This document shows, piece by piece, positions 52,676 to 61,842 of a stretch of DNA of 64,000 nucleotides (the stretch's first letter is position 1; every line of letters begins with the position of its first letter). The stretch lies in the NCBI GenBank assembly GCA_977017575.1, contig CDRNVI010000052.1, positions 124,001 through 188,000 of the forward strand, written 5' to 3'. The notes under the pieces are model-generated. The model searched no databases, was not told the DNA's origin, and saw nothing but the letters and a program-made list of their open reading frames with translations. The stretch is from Paramoeba atlantica. Taxonomy: Eukaryota; Protista; Discosea. The position numbers were made by a program, and so were the translations under genes.

Positions 52676-54415
52676 ATGCACCGCTACCCTTTGTGTACGA
52701 ACGAAACCTCCCCCGGGATCGTACGAACCCATCAACGATTCGTGCTCCGTAGACCCAGTTTTACCCAGCAATACGCCACAATGTACCACCACCGGCTCAG
52801 CGAGCTACGTAGCCTCGCGCGTGACAGCGCCCAAGCGGAGTGGGAGGACAGCAGCTCTCCCTTTATCTATGTCCCACGCATCCTGGATCTCCAGGCCGAG
52901 ACCCCGACCCCGCAGAGTCCGCAGTCCCCTTCTGGTTTTGATTCCCCGAGCGGCGATTCGTCTCCTCCCCCCTCCCACGCCTTGCGGGTCTGTGTTGGGT
53001 GTGTGTGCCGCGAGTGTGACTTGCGCCCGAGTTTTCTAAAAGACTATACTCGGGAAATCGTCACCTCATTGGAGGTACAGACCCAGGAAGAGGGCGGGGC
53101 AATGGATCTGGAAGAGGGGCAAGATCTCGAAATGGGGAAATCCGCTGCCCCATGGAGGCTGGAGACGGTTTTTTTGGAAGATGACAGCGGGCGAATTGAG
53201 CTCGTAGGGGGGCCTGATCCCCGACACGTGGTTACCGGGACGTTGGTTTCCGTTCAGGGATGGGTGCATATCTCGGGAAAACTGCACGTACAGCGGTGGA
53301 AAATGATTGGAATTCAAGACAATGTGCCACGGGCGTTGCGTACTCGTCCAGTGTTCACACAGCAACGTATGTGCTCCAACGAGGAGGCGAGATATATTGC
53401 CTTTGTGAGTGGGCTGAACCTCAGTGGTGATCCTCACTCCGATGCCTCTCGGCGTTCCTCCGCTCTGCTTGAGTTCCTTCGAGGGAATGCGCAATCACCT
53501 CATGCGAGTGTTGCACAGTGTATCGGGCATTTGGTAATTTGTGGCAACTTAGTTTGCGAAACGCAAAGTGAGGCAACGAAGGCAAAGCTTCGCCTGGATA
53601 GCGAGGAGACAAAGGCCTCGCGAGCGGAGTTGGGAAAAGCGGTAAAGGCGGCCGATGCCTTTCTCGCCGCCCTTGCGGAAATCATTCCAGTTGATGTCAT
53701 GCCAGGGGCCAATGACCCTGCCAACGTTTTCTTTCCACAACAGCCGATTCACCCTGCATTACTCCCGCAGTCCTCACCGCACTCCACTCTTACACTTGTC
53801 ACAAATCCGTTCGAGTTTCACATCCCTAGCGAAAGTCAAAAGCCACAAGAACCTACCTCACATGAAAAAAGTCCGAAGAAGCACCGAAAGCAAGAACCGC
53901 AAGGCGATGCTTCTTCAAGCAAGTCCAGTGAGAGCTCCCTGGCTTCCTGTATTACTTTTCTTGGCACATCAGGTCAAAACATCGATGACATTGACAAGTA
54001 CACGTACGGGTCTCTTACCGATTTAGATATTCTTGAAATGTTGCTCTGTGCACACCACTTGTGCCCCACAGCCCCCGACACCCTTCCGTCGTATCCCTTC
54101 GTTGAGGGCTACGATCCGTATTGTATGACCTCAAGTACCTCACCAGCGAAAACTAAACCTCATGCAGAAACGACAAAAGCGCAACCTTACGTACCCCCTA
54201 TAGAGAGGGATAGGTCAGATGTACTTTCATGTCTTCCAAATGTCTTGTTCGCCGGGAATCGTCCTACGTTCGGAACACGGTGGTTGGGACACCTTCCGTG
54301 TAGGATTCTCTCCCTTTCTTGTTTTGGAACGAGTGGTTCTATCTGTTTGCTGAACGTAAGAAGCTCTTCTCTGGAAGTTTCGGAGCTCAAAATCGGGTCC
54401 GAGGAAACTAAATAG
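52676..54415 (+). CDS. POLD2: DNA polymerase delta small (B) subunit
   Basis: FTQQYATMYHHRL, VFLEDDSGRIEL, VDVMPGANDP, LPQ/QQPIHPALLP, VTNP, GTSGQNIDDI, HLCPTAPDTLPSYPF and P.VLFAGN motifs. Confidence 0.92.
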   Translation: MHRYPLCTNETSPGIVRTHQRFVLRRPSFTQQYATMYHHRLSELRSLARDSAQAEWEDSSSPFIYVPRILDLQAETPTPQSPQSPSGFDSPSGDSSPPPSHALRVCVGCVCRECDLRPSFLKDYTREIVTSLEVQTQEEGGAMDLEEGQDLEMGKSAAPWRLETVFLEDDSGRIELVGGPDPRHVVTGTLVSVQGWVHISGKLHVQRWKMIGIQDNVPRALRTRPVFTQQRMCSNEEARYIAFVSGLNLSGDPHSDASRRSSALLEFLRGNAQSPHASVAQCIGHLVICGNLVCETQSEATKAKLRLDSEETKASRAELGKAVKAADAFLAALAEIIPVDVMPGANDPANVFFPQQPIHPALLPQSSPHSTLTLVTNPFEFHIPSESQKPQEPTSHEKSPKKHRKQEPQGDASSSKSSESSLASCITFLGTSGQNIDDIDKYTYGSLTDLDILEMLLCAHHLCPTAPDTLPSYPFVEGYDPYCMTSSTSPAKTKPHAETTKAQPYVPPIERDRSDVLSCLPNVLFAGNRPTFGTRWLGHLPCRILSLSCFGTSGSICLLNVRSSSLEVSELKIGSEETK

Positions 54416-54976
54416 TGCAGCATGGCTACTGGCTTCCATGCATTCCGGGTATAATTTTTTGAAGGGTATCAGTCTATTGAAGGTCTTCGTATGAGTGTTC
54501 AGTGAACTTGCGTCTTTCAAAACCGTTATTCTGAATTTCTGTAATTATCTGTTTTCCTCGATTTGTCCTCGATGGGCTTGTAATGAAAGGTGAAATATTT
54601 GTTTTCTTCTGCGATTCACTCTTCTTACAAGTGCTCTTCTTACCGACTGGCTTCTGGAACTACATTTTTAACTTTTACGCGTCACGGAGAAACTAAATTG
54701 TTATCCCTTTTTTAACATGTGTTAGTTCTTATGCCATCGAATCAGTATCAAAATGCGTGCTAATTTTCAGTAACGGTAAATTTTCGGTCAAATCAAATTT
54801 TCTGCAACAGTTTAAAAAGGATTGAACTGTTAATTGAACTAAACTGCACATACAAGTAAGTAAGCACACAATTCAAGTATAGGACGCTATCTATCCGGTT
54901 TAACAACCCTTTGTCGAGACTTTTAATCAGCTTGATGATTTTATTGGCTTTTCGTTAGTAAGAATTTATAATCTTT

Positions 54977-55963
54977 ATGGACAACGTGATCTCTATAGAA
55001 GATCGTAACATTCGTACTCGAGACAGTCACACAACAATTGCTCTTGAAAGTGCTACAGCAAAGAGAATGAAGCTCTTTCCTTCAAAATATATTCCGAAAA
55101 ATAATTTTCCACCCCACGTTTCTGAGCCATCTCGGAGTGCGTTACGTCAGACAACTCTTTGCTTACAGAGTTCCGTTTCTCGGAAGAAACCCACAAGCAA
55201 TTCTATCCCAGTCCCTACCCCCGCTCCATCCCAGTCTGCACTTTTCTCCCTACTCAAAGATCCAGATTGGAAAGACGCACTAGGTTCCGAATTCATAAAG
55301 CCCTATTTTACCCACTTGGAAAGTGCACTGACCCGTTTGTGGGGCCAAAGTACTGTGGTGTATCCCCCAAGGTCTCAAATCTTTGCCGCTTTTAATGCCA
55401 CCCCATTGAACCGCTTGCGTGTCGTGCTCATTGGGCAAGACCCCTACCACGGTCCGAATCAAGCCCATGGACTTTGCTTCTCCGTTAGTCCCGGCGTCCC
55501 TCCTCCCCCCTCACTGCTTAATATGTACAAAGAGTTGGAGAGAGACATTCCTGGTTTCGTGACCCCTTCTCATGGCACGCTGCTGTCCTGGGCTCACCAG
55601 GGGGTACTGATGCTAAACGCCACGCTCACGGTAGAAGCCCATAAGGCGAACTCTCACTCTGGTATGGGGTGGCAAACCTTTACCGATGCGGTGATTGATT
55701 ACGTCAATCGAAAGAAGAAAAGTGTGGTGTTTCTGCTTTGGGGAAATTTTGCGCAGAAGAAAGCAAAGAGCATTGACTCTCGTAGACATCGTGTGGTGGC
55801 GTGTGCCCACCCTTCTCCGCTTTCGGTAACAAAGTGGCGCGGGTGTCGGACGTTTTCTCAATGCAATAGCGCGCTGCTTGACATGGGGGCGAAAGAGATC
55901 GACTGGCGACTTCCCCTCACAATTGAGGAGGAGTTGTGGAGGCAGGAAAAGTGTGCAATTTGA
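54977..55963 (+). CDS. UNG: Uracil-DNA glycosylase (family 1)
   Basis: GQDPYH, PPSLLNMYKEL, GVLMLN, LLWG and HPSPLS motifs. Confidence 0.96.
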   Translation: MDNVISIEDRNIRTRDSHTTIALESATAKRMKLFPSKYIPKNNFPPHVSEPSRSALRQTTLCLQSSVSRKKPTSNSIPVPTPAPSQSALFSLLKDPDWKDALGSEFIKPYFTHLESALTRLWGQSTVVYPPRSQIFAAFNATPLNRLRVVLIGQDPYHGPNQAHGLCFSVSPGVPPPPSLLNMYKELERDIPGFVTPSHGTLLSWAHQGVLMLNATLTVEAHKANSHSGMGWQTFTDAVIDYVNRKKKSVVFLLWGNFAQKKAKSIDSRRHRVVACAHPSPLSVTKWRGCRTFSQCNSALLDMGAKEIDWRLPLTIEEELWRQEKCAI

Positions 55964-55984
55964 GTAAAAAACGGAAGCAAATCT

Positions 55985-56335
55985 TTTTATGCAATACACC
56001 CAAGCCCAAAATTATCGCTAAAATTCATGGCACAAAAATTATTGCCTTTCTATTAAAAATTATCAGTTTTTGGCGAGAAACATTTTTCGATTTTTTTTGG
56101 TCAATTTTTGAATTTATCATGACGTCTGATGTTGACAACCACTTTTTAGAGAAGAGTGTCATAGATTTTGCACAAAAACTCAAATTTCATGACAGGATTT
56201 GGAGGCGGAGCAAGAGGCTTTTCATCAACACCCGGTCGTGGGATCATGCGAGATCACACCCGCATCCCCTCACTTAATGAGCACTTAATAAACTACCCTT
56301 CGCAATGCATTTGATAAGATTAGATACAAGATAGA
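55985..56335 (+). repeat. Uninterrupted copy of the repeat seen at 21875-23555
   Basis: Collinear match to the reverse complement of 21875-22160 and 23491-23555 without the Tc1 insertion. Confidence 0.85.
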
Positions 56336-56339
56336 TATA

Positions 56340-56410
56340 ATTTAGGTAGATATTTTAGGTAGATGTAATAGAGGTAGAATTTAGGTAGATGTAATTTAGG
56401 TAGGTAGATG
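56340..56410. repeat. Short imperfect tandem repeat (tttaggtagat)n
   Basis: About five degenerate units read directly. Confidence 0.75.
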
Positions 56411-56531
56411 TTGTTCAACGCGATCTCAAATCTAAGTTTTCTTCTTAATTCTTAATTTTTATTCTATATAATCTTAAATTTTTGTTGAAAAGCTACTTTC
56501 TTCCCCGTAAAACATCTTGAATCTTTTTTAG

Positions 56532-57203
56532 AATAAACAAAACTCTTTTGACCTGGGGGAGTGCCAGGAGGGGGGGTTGGGGTTACGGGATGTGCAGGAG
56601 CATGTGGTAAAAGGGGTGAGGTATGGGGAGGAGGGGGGGAGAGACGGTTTGGAGGTTGCGGAGGGTTGGGTTCCGGAATCGTTTGTGGGGGAGGTTTGTC
56701 GGGAGCTGGGTAATGTGGTTGACGGGGTGGGGAATTATTCCGCAAGGTGGAGGGAGGAGCGGGAGAGTTTGTGGGAAGGGTTTGAGGAGGTGAAAAGGAG
56801 TGGGGTGTCGCGGGATGGGGGAGGAATTGGTCCTCGTCTCACGGCGGAGGAAATTACTGCGCAACTTCACGATAAAGAGAGTAGAAGGAGGAAAGAAGAC
56901 CAGTGTTCAAGAGTGTATCATTTTATGCCTCAAAATGCTCACGCAAAGGCTGTTCGTGTTAATCAGAACAGTTTTGTTCGGGAAGACGCAGTGTGTTGTG
57001 ACAGAGTGGTTGACTTTTCTCTGAATAATAGAAGAGATTGCGCTGAGGATGCAATGGACTTAGATGAAGTAGCTACAGAAGCAGCTACTTCGTCCACAGA
57101 CAGCTACACTCCAGTTTTGCGACGAATCGACGCAGACTCAGGGAAAACTCTCATTGGACTTTCAGAAGAACGGCTTTCTTTTTCGCAGCGTTGTTCACAC
57201 TAG
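56532..57203 (+). pseudogene. AUG-less, G-rich open frame (5'-truncated gene or non-AUG start)
   Basis: Open from just after a TAG at 56529-56531 for 223 codons; strong G-ending codon bias in the first half; first ATG only at about 56925. Confidence 0.4.
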
Positions 57204-57331
57204 TATTTTTTGACGAGCACATTTCTAGTTTATATTTTTAGACTTCTTGTTTTATCCATATTCTTTTGTAGTGAGCTAAAGTTTTTTCAAAAGACTCCTT
57301 TTAGTTTTAGCTTCACCCTTGTTTTCAATCT

Positions 57332-58969
57332 ATGGAGGTTCCTTACGAAGAGGATGTCACCTGCACGGTTTGTTTGCAGCTCTATGATAATCCGCTTCTG
57401 CTTCAATGTGAACACTCTTACTGCGCACCCTGTGCGGATAAGCTATACTCCTTAACCACGCAGTTGAACCCTCATTGCGCCAAAACACACTCATCTACCT
57501 TCGATTCATCAACTCTATCTCATGAAAAGGATACTACTGCAAAACATACTTCGAAGCAACAAGTCCTTCCGTTAACCACCCCCTCCCCTGGAATCCGATG
57601 TCCAGATTGCGGCTTCTTCTCATCCCTACCCGATAAAGGAGATCTGCAGCGTCTACGACGAAACGATCCCCTGTCTCAACGCGTTGCATCCTTTCGTCAG
57701 CAGCAAACCTCCAAACTCAGCCCAACCTGTGGCATCTGCGAGCGTCAGCCCGCCTCTTTGGAGTGTCAAGAGTGTCAGTTTGAAATGTGTCAGGAATGTC
57801 GAGAAAAGGACCACAGCCGGGGGCGATACAAAGAACATAAAGTGGTTCCTCTCGGGGAGCTGGCCCGAACACGCCCTCGGAAATGTGCCTTCCATGAGGG
57901 ATATCTCACCGATTTGCTTTGCTTAGATTGCGGCGTTGTGGTTTGTCTGCTGTGTAACTACATGGGTGCGCACAAAGGGCATCGTGTAGAGCCCACAGCT
58001 CCCGCAGAAGAGGACATCCGAGGTGCTTTGAAACGAGCCCTGGAGCACGCAAATGCGAGGCAGGAGAGTATTCATGCGTCTATTGAGGGCCTGGATGCCG
58101 CCTCCGCAACGAGCGTCGAGAAACAGTGTGACTTAGCAAGCGATGCAATTCGCAAACATTTTAATGAACTGCACGAGCGACTGACGGCTCGACAAGAGAA
58201 TCTCCTTCAGCAAGTTCGTGGGATTAAGGAAACTCGGCTTAAAGAAATTCATAGCTTCAGAGATGCGTTGGTTTTATTAAAACAAACCATCACCGGGACC
58301 TGTGAGGGCTTGCAAAAATTTAGCACGAAAGCTCATTTCTCGACTCTTCTAGCCCGTCAACGATCGATACGACATTATTTACAGTCTCTATGCAAAATAA
58401 GATGGACTGAGCAAGACCGTACGAAATTTAACTTGAACGTCAATTTTGATGCTACAGAGCATTCCGTGCGACAGCTCTTGTCCGACATGGGAAAAGTGAC
58501 CACAAATTTTGGGTCACCATCCCCTGAAAAGGCAACATTAAATGACGTATCGTCTCCGCATCTTTCTTCGGCGAACGAAGATTCCTTTTCCCGTACGGTT
58601 CCACAGGAACAGCTTCTGACATCAGTTCATACCGATATTTCATCTTCAAAAACTCCTAATTTCCGATCTAAAAATTCTCGAAATACAGGCCGAAGTCCGA
58701 CATTTGGACTGCTGCCTTTAGGTATATCTTTAAAAAAATCAATGAGTCCATCTTCTCGGACATGCACTCGCGAATCTCAGTCTAAATCCGCTCCAGAGCA
58801 TTCTAAGAATCGTCTCTCTGTATTTCAATCTTCAGAAAGTATTTCAACTAGTTTGGTAGATAAGGGAGACAAGAGAAACGACAGGAACATCGATCAATCG
58901 ATAACTTCGTCCAGTAAAAAGCGTCGCTCCTCACATCCGAATAGTAGCAAATGGGTGTTGCGCATATGA
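57332..58969 (+). CDS. RING / B-box1 / B-box2 / coiled-coil (TRIM-like) protein
   Basis: RING CTVC...CEHSYCAPC...CPDC; B-box CGIC..ASLECQEC..MCQEC..DH..H; B-box CAFH..LLCLDC..VCLLC..AHKGH; heptad-rich segment follows. Confidence 0.85.
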   Translation: MEVPYEEDVTCTVCLQLYDNPLLLQCEHSYCAPCADKLYSLTTQLNPHCAKTHSSTFDSSTLSHEKDTTAKHTSKQQVLPLTTPSPGIRCPDCGFFSSLPDKGDLQRLRRNDPLSQRVASFRQQQTSKLSPTCGICERQPASLECQECQFEMCQECREKDHSRGRYKEHKVVPLGELARTRPRKCAFHEGYLTDLLCLDCGVVVCLLCNYMGAHKGHRVEPTAPAEEDIRGALKRALEHANARQESIHASIEGLDAASATSVEKQCDLASDAIRKHFNELHERLTARQENLLQQVRGIKETRLKEIHSFRDALVLLKQTITGTCEGLQKFSTKAHFSTLLARQRSIRHYLQSLCKIRWTEQDRTKFNLNVNFDATEHSVRQLLSDMGKVTTNFGSPSPEKATLNDVSSPHLSSANEDSFSRTVPQEQLLTSVHTDISSSKTPNFRSKNSRNTGRSPTFGLLPLGISLKKSMSPSSRTCTRESQSKSAPEHSKNRLSVFQSSESISTSLVDKGDKRNDRNIDQSITSSSKKRRSSHPNSSKWVLRI

Positions 58970-59322
58970 ATTGTATTTTCTTTATCTGGCACTATCGCTT
59001 CTCCATGTTCTATGAGTAGTCGATTGTTTTGAACGCGTTCAAAACTTGGTCGGGCACCTTGCAATAGTTTTCAGTTGCTAGCTTTAGATACAATGTAAAT
59101 AGAACTTCCGGTTAGAACTGGTTTGACTTATCTTTGGACCTTACGTTTCAGATTACAAAAAGTGGTGGTTCAGCATTTTAGAGCTTTTATTATGCAATAT
59201 TTTGATTCGTGAATTATGCGATGTAAAGCAAGATATTCTCGCATTTCTGCACTTCATGTTTTGATTTTTACTGTTCAGCTCTCGCTCTTTTTTTGTACTG
59301 CGTCTAATTTTATCATTCTTAG

Positions 59323-60147
59323 ATGGCCGACGAACAGCCTCGTTCTTCTACTCGTATTGGAAAGGTGGGTGGAGCATCACTGCCCCAGGAATTTTCATTA
59401 GATCTTTTTCTTCGTAACGTCACGAACCGACGTCCGTCATGGTGTACCTCTACGCCAGCGTGTCAGTGGAATGGTGTCACTTGCACGCAGGAACAAGTTC
59501 GCGCAATTCATTGGGACGGACACAATCTCCGAGGGACAATCTTATGGTCTCATCTTCCGGTCACTACCGCGGAGCTTTCTTTGGGATCTCTTTGGAGTGG
59601 TTATAACCGAAATACTCTTAGCGGTCCAATACACGTTGAAGTCCTTCCTCCCCAACTCTCTCGATTGGACTTACATACTAATGCTTTTACCGGGGAAATT
59701 AGATTTGCCAATCTTCCTCCTGGTCTCGAGTATTTGGGTGTTTCGCAGAATGATTTGCACGGCAGCGTTGATTGGACTCTACTTCCACAAGGGCTTATCT
59801 CTCTGAGACTCGATCAAAACTCATTTTCGGGTCAAATCTTTCTGACTTCACTTCCATCATGTCTGAGTACTTTGACTGTAAGTACGAACATGTTTGAAGG
59901 TCCGGTTATTCTTACCGAGCTTCCTTCTACATTAACCTTCTTAAACTTATCAAAAAATAAGCTATCGGGAAGTCTTGATCTAAGAAGACTACCCTTGCGA
60001 TTGCTCTACATCTATCTGAACGAAAATCATTTTAATGGACTAATAAATCTCTCTCTTCTCCCTCCATCATTAAAATTGCTCAATGTTCAAAATACCTCTG
60101 TTGAAACACTCTCTTCCCCACCTGATGGATGCGCATTATTTGTTTGA
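59323..60147 (+). CDS. LRR-family protein
   Basis: RIGKVGGASLPQEFSLDLFL...ACQWNGVTC cap plus 23-aa LRRs. Confidence 0.88.
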   Translation: MADEQPRSSTRIGKVGGASLPQEFSLDLFLRNVTNRRPSWCTSTPACQWNGVTCTQEQVRAIHWDGHNLRGTILWSHLPVTTAELSLGSLWSGYNRNTLSGPIHVEVLPPQLSRLDLHTNAFTGEIRFANLPPGLEYLGVSQNDLHGSVDWTLLPQGLISLRLDQNSFSGQIFLTSLPSCLSTLTVSTNMFEGPVILTELPSTLTFLNLSKNKLSGSLDLRRLPLRLLYIYLNENHFNGLINLSLLPPSLKLLNVQNTSVETLSSPPDGCALFV

Positions 60148-60645
60148 GTTGAATGGGTGTACCTAAAAATGCGGTGGTAGTACTTGTGTTCAGAATGTCA
60201 TACTACATGTAATACATGTATACATTGTGTGTGTATACATTTTGACCCGAGACCAATTCTATTCCTGTGGGATATACGGTAATCTCCATAACACAATATA
60301 CCACTTTTGATATTTTTAGTATCTTAAAATTTTTCTCCATTTGAAGAACAAGCAAATTTTTCGTTCTGTTTATGGTAGTATGTAAAGTTCACCTTTTTGG
60401 GGGGCAATGGTCAAACGAAGTGAATGAAGAAATTGGAACAAGAAAAGCCACTATAAACTCTATCACTATAAATCAACTCCTAGACTATAAACATTTTATC
60501 TAGAGCTATCATACCGTATAGTGACATTTTTTTTCCTCCTTGTCTTGAATGGTTTCTTTTTAAACGATTCATTGGACATTGTTTTAAACAGTTTCATCTG
60601 AACGATTCAAGCGTCACACTCTCATTATGTACCCTTTCCCTTGTT

Positions 60646-61746
60646 ATGCGTGATTCAAGCATCGCCAAAGATCTTCAAATCGTAAACCGAAAAAAGGATC
60701 ACCTACGCATCTGTCTTAACGAAACCGTACAAGGAGCTCCATGTTCTCTGGATGCCTACACTCTCCCCTACCGTGCCATTCCGGAAATCAATCTCCCAGA
60801 CGTCTCTCTTGAGGCCTCGCTCTTCCCTCATCTCCCACCACTTCGTGCCCCCCTGATGGTAACCTCCATGACAGGGGGTGAGCACCACGGTCGACGGATT
60901 AACCAAAACTTAGCCGTTGCCTGTGAGACCGAAGGCATTGCTCTTGGGTTAGGCTCGATGCGGATTGTCGACCGCATCCCCTCCGCGCTACGAACCTTTG
61001 ACGTGAGAAAGTACTGTCCCTCCATTCCACTGCTGGCGAATATCGGGCTGGTACAGCTGAACTACGGGTTTACGGTAGAGAAGGTTGCAGAGCTCGTGTC
61101 TCGTGTCTCGGCCGATGCGCTGTGTGTTCACGTGAACGCGTTGCAGGAGGCGGTGCAGCCCGAGGGGGAGACGAACTTTAGTGGTCTGCTGCCCAAGCTG
61201 CGGCAGCTGGTCGCCAACCTTCGTGTGCCGGTGGTGGTAAAGGAGGTGGGGCACGGGTTTGACCGGGTTAGTGCCACACGTGTGCGGGAGTGTGGGGTAA
61301 GGCTGCTGGATGTCTCGGGGACCGGAGGCACGTCCTGGGCGTGGGTAGAGTCGCGAAGAGTACAAAGGCCGATGGTGTCTTCTGGTTCCTCCTCTTCTGT
61401 TTTGTCCGCAGTTTCTACCTCCGCCCCGACTTTGGGTGAGTTGCTGCGCGACCGGGGGCTTTCCCTCGCGGATTCTCTGCAAGAGTGTTCTGGAATTGAT
61501 GGATTGGATCTCATGGCCAGTGGTGGCATACGCAATGGAATGCACATGGCGAAGAGTCTAGCACTCGGCGCGAAGTGCTGTGGTGCCGCACTTCCGTTTC
61601 TGAAACCAGCAATGGAGTCTTCCGAAGCAGTGTGTGAATTGGTCAGGGAGTGGAAGAGACAACTTCGCGTGGTGATGATGAGCTGTGGGGTCGCAACTGT
61701 ACAGGAGATGCGACATGTTCAAGCTAAGCGTCGAGCGCCGTTGTGA
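60646..61746 (+). CDS. IDI2: Type 2 (FMN-dependent) isopentenyl-diphosphate isomerase
   Basis: RKKDHL, MTGG, LGSMR, NIGLVQL, HVNALQEAVQPEG, VKEVGHG, GTGGTSWAWVE and ASGGIRNG motifs. Confidence 0.95.
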   Translation: MRDSSIAKDLQIVNRKKDHLRICLNETVQGAPCSLDAYTLPYRAIPEINLPDVSLEASLFPHLPPLRAPLMVTSMTGGEHHGRRINQNLAVACETEGIALGLGSMRIVDRIPSALRTFDVRKYCPSIPLLANIGLVQLNYGFTVEKVAELVSRVSADALCVHVNALQEAVQPEGETNFSGLLPKLRQLVANLRVPVVVKEVGHGFDRVSATRVRECGVRLLDVSGTGGTSWAWVESRRVQRPMVSSGSSSSVLSAVSTSAPTLGELLRDRGLSLADSLQECSGIDGLDLMASGGIRNGMHMAKSLALGAKCCGAALPFLKPAMESSEAVCELVREWKRQLRVVMMSCGVATVQEMRHVQAKRRAPL

Positions 61747-61842
61747 AGAGTTACTGCGGTACGATGTGCTGCAGTAAGGTTGGTATTTCCATGTGTTTCA
61801 TCATACTCACCATTGTTTCTTTTCTTTCCTGTATTTTATTCA

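Noticed and set aside
2613-55963. Functional clustering of DNA-metabolism genes (MCM8, POLD2, UNG)
   Set aside because: Kinetoplastid polycistrons are generally not organised by function, and three such genes among about 30 is unremarkable.
56340-56410. Telomeric repeat
   Set aside because: The unit is tttaggtagat, not TTAGGG; it is short, degenerate and internal.
60646-61746. Type 2 IDI as a novel bacterial gene transfer
   Set aside because: Type 2 IDI is already known as the trypanosomatid form.
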